From a virus, in the IMG/VR virus record IMGVR_UViG_3300022555_000046: DNA of 64,000 bases; one strand, given 5' to 3'. The notes beneath the pieces were generated by a model. It worked only from the letters and a program-made list of their open reading frames with translations, did no database searches and had not been told where the DNA came from. The first letter of the stretch is position 1, and the number at the start of each line of letters is the position of its first letter. Below are positions 7,647 to 16,706 of this stretch, in pieces. Position numbers and translations under genes: made by a program.

Positions 7647-7889
7647 ATGAAAGCTGGCATAAGAAAAACAACTGAAGGGCTAAGGTCTTACATGAAGAAA
7701 CACGGTTATACAGGGTTATTATTTTCGGATGAAAACTGCGGATGCTCAATACATGACCTTGTACCATGTGGCGAAGATCATTCTCAATGTGAATTTGGAT
7801 GGGAAAGGGAGTGTTCGGCAGAAGAAACAGATCAGGGGTATGATTTTATGATAACTAATATAAAACCCACAGAGGAGGAAACAAAATGA
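7647..7889 (+). CDS. small Cys-rich hypothetical protein
   Basis: 80 aa, GGAGG SD, ENCGCSIHDLVPCG motif. Confidence 0.7.
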   Translation: MKAGIRKTTEGLRSYMKKHGYTGLLFSDENCGCSIHDLVPCGEDHSQCEFGWERECSAEETDQGYDFMITNIKPTEEETK

Positions 7890-8128
7890 CGCATCCCCAT
7901 CAGCAAATTATCTCCGTAATAATTACTATTTTAAGTATTTACCTTATAGTAATTATTGTGCTGTCAATCATTTGGATCAAAAACAAAGATAGGCGCAGGG
8001 AGCCTTTTATCCAAGATGTTTTTTATAAGAATGGTGTAATGTTTGCTGTTTCCGCAATAGTAGTATTTATAGTAGTAATTACCTTAATAGGGCTTACCTC
8101 TGTTTTGGTAAATGACTTAATTTTCTAA
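7886..8128 (+). CDS. two-TM membrane protein
   Basis: Two hydrophobic stretches; ATGA overlap. Confidence 0.7.
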   Translation: MTHPHQQIISVIITILSIYLIVIIVLSIIWIKNKDRRREPFIQDVFYKNGVMFAVSAIVVFIVVITLIGLTSVLVNDLIF

Positions 8129-8129
8129 T

Positions 8130-8438
8130 ATGAAATTTATCGTATCCACAAGCAGATTTCGCACGGCAGTATCAAAAGCCATGTTAAATAATACAGTGTC
8201 GGTATTCTCCCAATACGGGAAACTTACATTTGTAGGGTTTACCAATATGTGTTTTAATTTTGAAACCACAAAAGAACACATACACGAGACTCTTGGTAGT
8301 TGTCCGTTTAATGAAATTCAATGGGAGTCCGTCCGTAAATTTCTGGGAACACTGGAGGATCAACCAATCGTTGTCGACCTTGACTGGGATGGAGATTATT
8401 TGGGAATTCAGTTCAGTCAATTTGTAATAAAATTCTGA
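8130..8438 (+). CDS. hypothetical protein
   Basis: 102 aa, tightly packed in operon. Confidence 0.65.
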   Translation: MKFIVSTSRFRTAVSKAMLNNTVSVFSQYGKLTFVGFTNMCFNFETTKEHIHETLGSCPFNEIQWESVRKFLGTLEDQPIVVDLDWDGDYLGIQFSQFVIKF

Positions 8439-8734
8439 TGGCACACACCAATTTAAGAACCAGAATAAAACTTATTGCCGAACGGCAGTATGGCTCAAAA
8501 ATCGACAGCACGGCTATGGTAGATGAGATCATGGAGTTGGTTATGATCTTTACGAAATATAAGGAGGTGAAGGAAGAATCTCCTTGTGATCATCCGAAAA
8601 ACATATTACATCAGTACCATGACCTTTCGGTGATCTGCGAAAAATGCCATGAGGTTATCTGGCAGGTGGACTTCAGTAAGCCAAATACGCTCGCCCAGTT
8701 CAGAGGAGTAGATAATCCAATGTTCGCCAAATGA
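8438..8734 (+). CDS. hypothetical protein with CxH...CxxCH motif
   Basis: 98 aa; TGATG overlap. Confidence 0.65.
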   Translation: MAHTNLRTRIKLIAERQYGSKIDSTAMVDEIMELVMIFTKYKEVKEESPCDHPKNILHQYHDLSVICEKCHEVIWQVDFSKPNTLAQFRGVDNPMFAK

Positions 8735-8747
8735 AAAAGGATAGACG

Positions 8748-9815
8748 ATGAAAATAAAGGGAATGAATAAAGACGGACAGCCATTGCTAAAAGACTATAT
8801 AAATCTTGGTAACTATCTAAAACCCAAATTCTACGACATTATAAGAAAAAAATTTGATCACGTATTTGAGGATGAACCACAGATAGAGCCGATTGATCTT
8901 GAACTTTCCCCGGCCATCAAACAGGCACTTTCAGGACTTCAAAAGGCAATGGACGATATCCAACTTTACTGGATGAATATAAATCAGGCACTTAAACCAA
9001 AAACCATGAGATACATCTTAGTTAAAGACCACGAGACCAGAGGGATAAAACTCGACAGAGGCATGGTCTTCACCAGAAAAGAAAAGGAAACAAATCACCC
9101 CGGGAAAACCGATGTGTATTACGAACACGAGAAAGTGAGTTCCTTCGGGGACGGTTTTGTTATGCGACTTTCTCCCTATGAGGTGGAGAATAATCCGATC
9201 TTCCAGCAGGTGATCGAACGTGATGACTACCCGGGTCCCGCTGGTGCTAAATGGAACCTTGGAAGAGAAAAACTGCCAAGGGATATCTACCTGCATTACT
9301 ACCTTGGAAGGATTGTCTGGCACAAAGATATTTATAACGGTAAGGAACATATGAAGATCGTTGGACTCAGACCAAATCTGGTCGAACTCGAAGGAGACTA
9401 CTCTGGAGGGACCAACAATGTTTGTCAGAGTAGTTGGATGCCGATGGCCGGGGTTCTTTTTGAGGAGAACAAAACATCAGCCATCGGACCACTCTCACAT
9501 CCTGAAACACCATACTTCCCGATTGTCAGAGGACACACCTTATATAAGATCGGGATGAAGGCCGTAGTCGAATACAGCACATACATCAGGGTTAAATGTA
9601 ATGGAACGTGGTATGTCATAAGACACACAGCAGAAGGGGCGATATACAATTGTTGCGATGCCTGTAAACCGGATGACAACGATGTTATATACAAGTTAAT
9701 TCGTGATGCTTATTTCATGCAGAAAATGATCCACACAGAATGGATTAAGGTCGGCCTTAATGTCTATGAGGTTGACCCCTGTCAGGAAGAAGAGGAAGTT
9801 CGATTACTTAAATAG
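8748..9815 (+). CDS. hypothetical, probably multi-domain protein
   Basis: 355 aa ORF; no recognised motif. Confidence 0.75.
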   Translation: MKIKGMNKDGQPLLKDYINLGNYLKPKFYDIIRKKFDHVFEDEPQIEPIDLELSPAIKQALSGLQKAMDDIQLYWMNINQALKPKTMRYILVKDHETRGIKLDRGMVFTRKEKETNHPGKTDVYYEHEKVSSFGDGFVMRLSPYEVENNPIFQQVIERDDYPGPAGAKWNLGREKLPRDIYLHYYLGRIVWHKDIYNGKEHMKIVGLRPNLVELEGDYSGGTNNVCQSSWMPMAGVLFEENKTSAIGPLSHPETPYFPIVRGHTLYKIGMKAVVEYSTYIRVKCNGTWYVIRHTAEGAIYNCCDACKPDDNDVIYKLIRDAYFMQKMIHTEWIKVGLNVYEVDPCQEEEEVRLLK

Positions 9816-9816
9816 A

Positions 9817-9987
9817 ATGAACTGCAAGTACAAGAAAGACACACCATGCACGGACGATTGCCATCAGTCCCGGTGTGTCTTTCGATACGAAAAGATGTTT
9901 TACAAAACAGGTGAAACAAGTTGTATGAAACCCCACCGACTGCGTGGTAAAAACAAGAAAAATGGCAAAGCCAACAAGAACCATTAA
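9817..9987 (+). CDS. small Cys-rich basic protein
   Basis: MNCKYKKDTPCTDDCHQSRCVFRY...; starts just after the upstream stop. Confidence 0.5.
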   Translation: MNCKYKKDTPCTDDCHQSRCVFRYEKMFYKTGETSCMKPHRLRGKNKKNGKANKNH

Positions 9988-10300
9988 GGTATATTTAGCC
10001 GCCCCATATTCACACGGGGACCGGGAGGCGAATCTACGTAGAAGTATTGACATAGCGGAGGAACTTATGGTCGCTGGATTCGTGGTATTCAATCCCCTTC
10101 TGGATCGTTACCATCAGGCTGTACACAGACATGAACACAGTTTCTGGATGGAACAGGGCAAGGCGTGGATCGACTGTTGTGATATGGTTATGAGAATACC
10201 CGGGCAAAGCCTTGGGGCAGACGAGGAGGAGGATTATGCCGAGAAGTTAAACATCCCGGTACTCCATAATGTTAACATGATTAAGTCGTATTTCATATAA
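9962..10300 (+). CDS. nucleoside 2-deoxyribosyltransferase-like protein (DUF4406/DUF1937-type)
   Basis: KVYLAAPYS...VVFNPL...CCDMVMRIPGQSLGADEE...LNIPV. Confidence 0.75.
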   Translation: MAKPTRTIKVYLAAPYSHGDREANLRRSIDIAEELMVAGFVVFNPLLDRYHQAVHRHEHSFWMEQGKAWIDCCDMVMRIPGQSLGADEEEDYAEKLNIPVLHNVNMIKSYFI

Positions 10301-10308
10301 AAACCGAC

Positions 10309-10566
10309 ATGGGAAAGTGTGATGAGTGTATTAAGTTAATGACGAAAGTAAGGGTAGGAACCTTCTGCAATGACTGCAAGGGAGTCCTTCCTTATATCTC
10401 AAGAGAGTCCATTAAACTAAAGATTGAGAAGATAAAGAGTTTGGAGAAAGATTCTATTATGGAAGTGTTTGGGGCAGGAAGAACCAAGTCGTTTATAGAT
10501 GGTTTTAATATTGGAATAAAGGCAGCGTTGGAGGAATTAAAAGAAATTAGCGATGATAAAGAATAA
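10309..10566 (+). CDS. hypothetical protein with two CxxC motifs
   Basis: KCDEC...FCNDCK. Confidence 0.6.
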   Translation: MGKCDECIKLMTKVRVGTFCNDCKGVLPYISRESIKLKIEKIKSLEKDSIMEVFGAGRTKSFIDGFNIGIKAALEELKEISDDKE

Positions 10567-11179
10567 ATGGAAACGCAAGGAACTCTGGCTTGAATCGGAG
10601 ACGCTTGATAAACTTTCCGAGATGGCCTCCCGGGAAGGACGTAGTTTAAAGGATTTTTGTGAGAGGATTCTTTATTTCGTGGGAAACGGAAGTTACATCA
10701 CACGTTCCGATGGACGCATAGAAATTCCGAGTCCCGGTAATTACACCACTTGGATACATGAAGACATGACATATAAGGTTAGGTCTATCCCGGGGTGGGA
10801 TTCAAAGGATTGGGATATCGAGGAAAAGATAAATGATGAAGTCGGAAAGACCGCTCCTCTTCTTGGTTATGTTTCCCAGTTAATGGAAGAAACCCCAAAT
10901 CACCGGATGCCTAACGGCAGGAAATTAACGGATGAGGACATAAATCTGGCACAGGAGGTCGTTTCTATGGCAAACCAAGGAATTATCCATCCAGCGGTTT
11001 CTCACATCACTACGCCCAATCACGTTAAGTTTTCTGACAAGATTGTGATTGACGATATGGAGTTATTGAACTCCGAGAAGAAAATGAAAATAGCAAGGGG
11101 ACTTGCGATAATTGAAGAGGTTAAGAACAAAAAGAAAATTAAAAAGAATGGAGGGAAAAATGAGAAAATTGCTGACTAA
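10553..11179 (+). CDS. protein with N-terminal ribbon-helix-helix (CopG-like) domain
   Basis: ELWLESETLDKLSEMASREGRSLKDFCERIL. Confidence 0.6.
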   Translation: MIKNKWKRKELWLESETLDKLSEMASREGRSLKDFCERILYFVGNGSYITRSDGRIEIPSPGNYTTWIHEDMTYKVRSIPGWDSKDWDIEEKINDEVGKTAPLLGYVSQLMEETPNHRMPNGRKLTDEDINLAQEVVSMANQGIIHPAVSHITTPNHVKFSDKIVIDDMELLNSEKKMKIARGLAIIEEVKNKKKIKKNGGKNEKIAD

Positions 11180-11516
11180 ATTTTTTGAATATGCAAAGCG
11201 TCATTACTCCAACCCCTCGGAAGATACCGTGGAATTCTTTATGAGAACATTATCTCTCTCACCGTCAGAAACGGTGGTTGAACTTCGCAGACAGGCCGGG
11301 AACACCACCCGCCAAGTCGATGACGCAATTCAGAGGCTGTTTGCCGGGGAATCTATTAGGGCTATTGATCACTGGAAGTTTGGATCATCCGAGGAGGCAA
11401 ACACAAATTACTTCAGGAGGATACTTCTACGGATCGAGCATGAACATAGCTGGCTGATCAGGTCAAACCTTCTGGAGATTGACGAAATAGAACTCACGAT
11501 CAAGTTACACAATTAA
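11160..11516 (+). CDS. hypothetical protein
   Basis: Likely start MRKLLTK after GGAGG. Confidence 0.65.
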   Translation: MRKLLTKFFEYAKRHYSNPSEDTVEFFMRTLSLSPSETVVELRRQAGNTTRQVDDAIQRLFAGESIRAIDHWKFGSSEEANTNYFRRILLRIEHEHSWLIRSNLLEIDEIELTIKLHN

Positions 11517-11536
11517 TTTAATTAACCACACATAAT

Positions 11537-11872
11537 ATGACTACAATGAACACCTTAACGATGACAACTTTCATCGTATTAAATATACTTCTTTATTCGG
11601 TTGTCGGTTATTTTTACTGGTACAACCATGTCCGTGAAAAGAAACGGAATCAGTGGAATTGCGTGAAGAAGAAAGGACTTCCTCCACCGAACAAACCCGT
11701 TATTGTTACGAGCGGGGATTGCACTATCATGTATGTAGCTGAGTGGTATATAGATGAGTTTGGAAAGACGAGATGGCAATGTTCCTCTCCTCCAGCATGG
11801 TTTATTCCTGAACATCATTTTCCAACACATTGGATAAATCTTCCAGATAAGATCGGAGGCTCAAATGGATGA
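11537..11872 (+). CDS. N-terminal TM plus DUF551-like domain protein
   Basis: WNCVKKKGLPP...YVAEWY...PTHWINLP pattern. Confidence 0.6.
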   Translation: MTTMNTLTMTTFIVLNILLYSVVGYFYWYNHVREKKRNQWNCVKKKGLPPPNKPVIVTSGDCTIMYVAEWYIDEFGKTRWQCSSPPAWFIPEHHFPTHWINLPDKIGGSNG

Positions 11873-12254
11873 TACACTTAAATTGATCGACAGAATAATT
11901 GGTCACCTGAAGGATAATAGTAAGGACACTCAATATCCTATACCTTACATCAGGACTGAAGAGGCTAACTTTGGATCACCCTCTCTTCCAAGGGTAATTA
12001 TCTCAAGGAATTCCATGTATGATATCTTGCGAAATCCATTAAGGCAATTCCTTATTGGTGCTATTGAAATTTCAAGAGAGGAGGTCGCAAAAGAGTTTGA
12101 ACAGCGGATGGTTTTTATAGACAAGGCATCTGCTGTGCCGGGAATCGACCCGGGTATGTTGATAAAAACCGCTGCCCTTATTGAACAGTATGTCACGAAA
12201 AAAAATAGTCCCAAGAATTCAGATAACACTGGTATTTCGGACAAAGAACGGTAG
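11865..12254 (+). CDS. hypothetical protein
   Basis: 129 aa, GGAGG SD. Confidence 0.65.
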   Translation: MDDTLKLIDRIIGHLKDNSKDTQYPIPYIRTEEANFGSPSLPRVIISRNSMYDILRNPLRQFLIGAIEISREEVAKEFEQRMVFIDKASAVPGIDPGMLIKTAALIEQYVTKKNSPKNSDNTGISDKER

Positions 12255-12312
12255 GTTGTTTATTGACTGTTATGGAGCAATAACCATTAGCAGGTTATTC
12301 ACCAAGAAACAA

Positions 12313-12435
12313 ATGATAAGGCTAACGACAGATCAGATAATACGGGTTATGAATGAGTTGGCTCCTCCTGTTAAAAATAATCCCCATATGGACTCCCATA
12401 TGACTTCCCATATGGAAACAGAAACAGAAATATAA
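12313..12435 (+). CDS. small hypothetical peptide ending in HMxx repeats
   Basis: MIRLTTDQIIRVMNELAPPVKNNPHMDSHMTSHMETETEI; may be incidental to the DNA repeat. Confidence 0.35.
   Translation: MIRLTTDQIIRVMNELAPPVKNNPHMDSHMTSHMETETEI
12382..12427 (+). repeat. triple CATATG repeat with 12-bp period, copy 2
   Basis: CATATG at 12385, 12397, 12409 followed by GAAACAGAAACAG. Confidence 0.75.
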
Positions 12436-12447
12436 ATATTAAAAGAA

Positions 12448-12870
12448 ATGAGTAATTACAAATTAATAAACAATAGGGTTGAAAGGCTTTTGTCTGAACA
12501 TCCTGAACTTCGTGACGATGATCGTAAACTTCAGGTGGCTATATGGAAGGAAGATATTTTCGGAAGAGAGGAATTACCGTTCTCCCAGTTGTTCGTTCTT
12601 CGTGATGACCAAGGAAAGTACGTTATAACAAACCCTGAGTCTATCAGGAGATCACGGCAAAAGGTTCAGGAGATGTTCCCACGCTTAAGGCCAATAACTG
12701 AAAAACGTGCTGATACCGAACCGGACTGGCGGACTGAACTCGGATACACCTCCCCGGGATCAACCAAGCCGTACCCGGGAGATAAAGAAGATTACAAGGG
12801 GGATGATTTATTTGGAGGTCCTGAAAAAGGAAAGAAAGGATTTTCCATCCCCTCGGATGAAGGAGAATAA
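12448..12870 (+). CDS. conserved phage hypothetical protein
   Basis: RVERLLSEHPELRDDDRKL...PESIRRSRQKVQE pattern. Confidence 0.75.
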   Translation: MSNYKLINNRVERLLSEHPELRDDDRKLQVAIWKEDIFGREELPFSQLFVLRDDQGKYVITNPESIRRSRQKVQEMFPRLRPITEKRADTEPDWRTELGYTSPGSTKPYPGDKEDYKGDDLFGGPEKGKKGFSIPSDEGE

Positions 12871-12895
12871 AAAACCCGGGGAGACCCGGGTTCTT
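12868..12895. terminator. bidirectional intrinsic terminator
   Basis: AACCCGGG-GAGA-CCCGGGTT; T6 on the minus strand, TTCTT on the plus strand; lies between convergent genes. Confidence 0.8.
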
Positions 12896-12913
12896 ACCTT
12901 TGGTGTTCAGCGA

Positions 12914-12997
12914 TTATTTACAACCACATTTTCCACCTTTTCCTCCCTTGCCACCTTTGGTGGGTTTTCCTGAAGGTTTACCTTTCGATCCAGCCAT
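12914..12997 (-). CDS. 27-aa Gly/Lys-rich basic micropeptide
   Basis: MAGSKGKPSGKPTKGGKGGKGGKCGCK; own promoter, A-rich leader and terminator. Confidence 0.65.
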   Translation of the reverse strand: MAGSKGKPSGKPTKGGKGGKGGKCGCK

Positions 12998-13031
12998 TTG
13001 ATTCTGATTTTAACATTAATGAAAAAGCGCA

Positions 13032-13062
13032 CAAATATACAAAATGAATTGATGGATGTCAA
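13032..13062 (-). promoter_or_regulatory. promoter of the micropeptide unit
   Basis: TTGACA-N17-TATATTTG. Confidence 0.8.
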
Positions 13063-13088
13063 TAAAAAACCCGGGAATTTTCCCGGGT
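13063..13088 (-). terminator. intrinsic terminator of the 13145-16840 operon
   Basis: ACCCGGGA-AAAT-TCCCGGGT followed by a T-tract. Confidence 0.8.
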
Positions 13089-13144
13089 CTCCCTGTTCAC
13101 AAACAGGTCACGCATCCATGTGGCTCATCTGCCTCGGAGTTATC

Positions 13145-13669
13145 TTAAAGGGGCATAGGCTGGAATCCCGGGGAACTCACTACCGTACCGCCTTCCACTG
13201 ATTTTTCATATTCCTTAACATTCTTGATTCGATTTAACTCCCATCCGAGCCAGTGCTTTGCCTCAATCATGGAGCATCTTGAGAAGATCAGATGGTTTTC
13301 AGTCCACACCCCGGGAATGTCATACATTTCGCTTGCCGGGAAAACCCTGTCAAACCGTGATAAAAACTCTTCAATCTCCTTGCGAAACAATTTTACGCAG
13401 GAGGTTTGGGTTGCGCTGGACACGTCAATTCCATCCCATATGGTTTCAAATTTATGTTCAGCCTGTTCCTCAATTACAGGACTTGATGGGTCGGTTGAAC
13501 TTCCGTAAGGGGTTGGGGTTCCGAGTCCTCCAAGTACCATCCCGAGCCACGCCTTGGCTCTCTGGAGTTGCCTCATGCACAGCGTAATCTCCGCTGAATT
13601 GTTTAACCGATATGTTGAGTTGATTAGCTTGTCGATTTCAAGCCTGAGTGTTCTAATTTGTTCTTCCAT
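13145..13669 (-). CDS. protein with two helical-hairpin repeats (Acb2/Tad1-hairpin-like, tentative)
   Basis: EITLCMRQLQRAKAWLGMVL and HLIFSRCSMIEAKHWLGWEL internal duplication. Confidence 0.55.
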   Translation of the reverse strand: MEEQIRTLRLEIDKLINSTYRLNNSAEITLCMRQLQRAKAWLGMVLGGLGTPTPYGSSTDPSSPVIEEQAEHKFETIWDGIDVSSATQTSCVKLFRKEIEEFLSRFDRVFPASEMYDIPGVWTENHLIFSRCSMIEAKHWLGWELNRIKNVKEYEKSVEGGTVVSSPGFQPMPL

Positions 13670-13677
13670 TTTTTATG

Positions 13678-14010
13678 TTATTTGTGAGTTTTTAATTGCT
13701 TGCCAGAGCGTTCGATTATTTTACCTAACTTGAAAACAAAGTAGTCCGTTCCTTCTACTGCGCCCCAACTTTGATTGCCTTGATTAATGGCAATATCGAG
13801 GACCTCGACTTTCATGGAGGGGGCGTCTCGTTGGTATCCATTACGGAAAGTGATCGTGGCGAACGGCTTAAACACACATCCACGGGCATCGTCAAAACGC
13901 AGAATAAGTCGATCATACCAGTACGATTTGATCTCCCGGTATTCTTCCGTCTTGACCCCTGACTCGATCATCTCGAACCACTTTGCTTTCAAAGTTAAAG
14001 GCAGGTTCAT
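13678..14010 (-). CDS. ASCH/PUA-like domain protein
   Basis: LTLKAKWFEMIESGVKTEEYREIK...ITFRNGY. Confidence 0.8.
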   Translation of the reverse strand: MNLPLTLKAKWFEMIESGVKTEEYREIKSYWYDRLILRFDDARGCVFKPFATITFRNGYQRDAPSMKVEVLDIAINQGNQSWGAVEGTDYFVFKLGKIIERSGKQLKTHK

Positions 14011-14525
14011 TTTGCTTGTTTCATTGAGGTTCCGTTCGACATCGGTTTCGGGTCTTTCACCGGGGGTTTTCTTTCCCTTTTTTTAGTGGTTTCGCCTTTC
14101 GGTTTTATGGAGGCACTGGCCTTGCTTACCGGAGATATTTCTTTAACAGCCTCCACAAACTCTTCGGCATTAGGATTTTCCGAGGATGAAGACTCTTCGG
14201 GTCCCGGGATCATCGACTGGTCTGTGGGTCCCGTTGGGGCGTCCATCACTGACGGGGGGAGTGGCTCGCCATCCCCTGCCTTCGCAGTGTTTGGGAGTTC
14301 AAATCCTTCGGGGACTTCCTCGACATAGGTTGATAGGTCCTGATATTTCGAGGTCCCATCAGGGCTGTCACCAACCAAGATGATGGTCTCCCCCTTGATA
14401 TCTATTTTCCTCTCCTCGTTGGCCTTTTCGGTTGCGTCACGGTCAAGAATGAATAACGCCTTATTCACAAAGAACGCTCCAATAAGGAGGATGTTCATGG
14501 CCTTTAATTTTGATTGTGTTTTCAT
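14007..14525 (-). CDS. hypothetical protein with low-complexity Pro/Ser/Lys C-terminus
   Basis: 172 aa in operon. Confidence 0.65.
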   Translation of the reverse strand: MKTQSKLKAMNILLIGAFFVNKALFILDRDATEKANEERKIDIKGETIILVGDSPDGTSKYQDLSTYVEEVPEGFELPNTAKAGDGEPLPPSVMDAPTGPTDQSMIPGPEESSSSENPNAEEFVEAVKEISPVSKASASIKPKGETTKKRERKPPVKDPKPMSNGTSMKQAK

Positions 14526-14541
14526 ATATTTGTATTTGAGA

Positions 14542-14763
14542 TTAAAGACAGAACCGAATATCCTGCCATATCTTTAACGGGGTTGGAGCGACCTCTCCGA
14601 AGTCCCCGGCACTTCTTTTTTTATAGGTGATTACCAGTTTTTGCTGGACGTTCTTAAAACGAAATCCCCACACTGCGTAACCTTCCAGACGTTTAAATCC
14701 CCAGATAAACTTCCGTGTTATTCTGGTTTTCCCTGTCTCGTATTTTGCTGATACTGGTGCCAT
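14542..14763 (-). CDS. hypothetical protein
   Basis: Likely start MAPVSAKY. Confidence 0.55.
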   Translation of the reverse strand: MAPVSAKYETGKTRITRKFIWGFKRLEGYAVWGFRFKNVQQKLVITYKKRSAGDFGEVAPTPLKIWQDIRFCL

Positions 14764-14764
14764 G

Positions 14765-15172
14765 TTAATTGAGTTCAAAGGTATTAAAAGTATCCGAATA
14801 AACATTGCCAATTATTTCCTGACAATGGGAGATTAAGACCGGATTAAATCCATTTGGGTCCTTGAGCCACCGAACGATAAACGATCCGTAATGGTATTCA
14901 ACCACGCCTATGCTTTCGAGGTGTCTGACGATATCTCCTTCGTAAACCTCGGCCTTTCCCGGGGTAAACACTCCCGTGAACTGATACCTATCGTATGTGC
15001 CGGGGGCTTTAATATAGTCATCGAAGGTTCCTTCAAATACCTCTGCGTCCATCTCGGATACTCCGGTATGAGCCTGATGTTGCCATCCTTTTTCTGAGGT
15101 GGTCCATTCGTACCCGATAAGGGTGCGGGACTCACGTTCAACTACCTTGAATTTAATCGGTCTCGCAGCCAT
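14765..15172 (-). CDS. YopX family protein
   Basis: PIKFKV...YQFTGV...EVYEGDIV...EIIGNVY. Confidence 0.8.
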   Translation of the reverse strand: MAARPIKFKVVERESRTLIGYEWTTSEKGWQHQAHTGVSEMDAEVFEGTFDDYIKAPGTYDRYQFTGVFTPGKAEVYEGDIVRHLESIGVVEYHYGSFIVRWLKDPNGFNPVLISHCQEIIGNVYSDTFNTFELN

Positions 15173-15519
15173 TGTGTGATTCTTTTAAGCCAAGGAGTAG
15201 GCGTAAATACTTCTTTGTACTTTTCGGTATCCTGTTCCCCTTTAGCGTACTCGTCAACTGAATAGGATGGGGGACACAAGGACTTTATCTTTGATTGCTT
15301 AATTGGCCTACCGGAAAGTGTTTTCTTTTCCTTCTGAGCATGGATAGGTGCCTTGGAGCGATCTTCATCCACGACACCACGGAGATGCATTTTGATCCTT
15401 TTGTTGTGGAGGGTTCTTAGGGCTCTCCACATCTCCATATCCATCCCCTCCGGTCTTTCAATAGGGAAGTCATCGGCAACCTTAATAGACGGGTCTATTT
15501 CAGCAACTGGCTTTTTCAT
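15142..15519 (-). CDS. hypothetical basic protein
   Basis: 125 aa, GGAGG upstream. Confidence 0.65.
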   Translation of the reverse strand: MKKPVAEIDPSIKVADDFPIERPEGMDMEMWRALRTLHNKRIKMHLRGVVDEDRSKAPIHAQKEKKTLSGRPIKQSKIKSLCPPSYSVDEYAKGEQDTEKYKEVFTPTPWLKRITQWLRDRLNSR

Positions 15520-16706
15520 TCTCCCTCCGTGATTGTGGCAACAACATCCCCCATCTGCATTACCAGATGTTTCACCTTCTCGGTCTCGCCATCGACTCCT
15601 CCTTCTTTCGGAAGGTCCAGTTCGACCTCAAATCCAGCGTACTTCCCGTACAGGATTCTTTCCCCGGGGTTCACCCACATACTGATGAAAGAAGTTCCGG
15701 TATCCCTGCCGGGACCTACTGAAACAACGGTTCCACGTTGCGGTTTTTCCTGCGCCTGATCGGGGATGATGATCCCTCCTTTTGTGACTCTCTCGGCCTT
15801 GTCTGGGAGGACCAGAATGCGGTCCTGTTTTGGATTTAATACTTCGGGCATACCTGTAATTGTTAGTGAGATAAATGATGAATCGAATAATAAACAAAGT
15901 CCATCCTTTACGGAATTGACTATGGTAAATCCTTTTGGATTGTATTTAACACGTTCCCCAACCTTCACAAACGAATTTTCGCTTATAGCAACCACGGTTC
16001 CGGTTGTGGGAACTTCCCGGTGTTCGACAGGGATCAGGATTCCGTCAGCAGCAAATTGCTTGGCTGGATCAGGCTTGATCATAATCATATCGCCAACTGG
16101 CTTAATATGCTTGTTCTCAACAACCGCCTGAACCCATCTGCTTTGAACGACTATCCTGTTGCGCTCCAGACGGGTCATGGACGCATTCTTATGGAAGATA
16201 ATGTTCTTTCCAGCGAACTCTCCTGCCGTGCAGTAGGCGATGTTTGTCATCTCAAGAGCGGTAGACACCAGACACTTTGGGAGTTTACGAAGAGGTTCAA
16301 CCTGATTATAGTCGTTCAACATTGTTATAACACCCTTCTTATCTTCCTTAAAGTAAATGAACTTCGGTTTTATAAACACCGAACACACCTTCTCTCCCGA
16401 CTTTGTTACACCGAGAATAAAATTCCGGTCATCGGACTCAGATGCCTCATTAAACCACTTTCCGAGATTAATAACAACTCCGAAATACTCCATATGAACG
16501 ATGTCTCCTTTGTTCACCCCGGGCATGCAGGAATGTACCACGGTTCCTTTTGTGGGAACCCAGTCAGCGGGATGGAGGGATGATTGGTTGGGGAGCAGGA
16601 TTCCGCTTTTTGTCTCAGCACGAAACAGGCTGTCGGTCTTCTTGAGGCCAATTCCGTAAGCAGTGGACTTGGTCATTAACTTAATTAACATCCTGTCCGA
16701 CTTCAT
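15516..16706 (-). CDS. groES: multi-domain co-chaperonin (about four tandem GroES/Cpn10 domains)
   Basis: C-terminal canonical domain LNPKQDRILV..TKGGIIIPDQAQEKPQRGTVVSVGPG..GERILYGKYAG; further repeats IKPVGDMIMI..DGILIP..GTVVA and ETKSGILLP..GTVV. Confidence 0.85.
   Translation of the reverse strand: MKSDRMLIKLMTKSTAYGIGLKKTDSLFRAETKSGILLPNQSSLHPADWVPTKGTVVHSCMPGVNKGDIVHMEYFGVVINLGKWFNEASESDDRNFILGVTKSGEKVCSVFIKPKFIYFKEDKKGVITMLNDYNQVEPLRKLPKCLVSTALEMTNIAYCTAGEFAGKNIIFHKNASMTRLERNRIVVQSRWVQAVVENKHIKPVGDMIMIKPDPAKQFAADGILIPVEHREVPTTGTVVAISENSFVKVGERVKYNPKGFTIVNSVKDGLCLLFDSSFISLTITGMPEVLNPKQDRILVLPDKAERVTKGGIIIPDQAQEKPQRGTVVSVGPGRDTGTSFISMWVNPGERILYGKYAGFEVELDLPKEGGVDGETEKVKHLVMQMGDVVATITEGE

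Noticed and set aside
6963-7660. Overlapping ORFs of 86-158 aa in the gene-poor region
   Set aside because: Mutually overlapping, non-protein-like composition, no ribosome-binding context.
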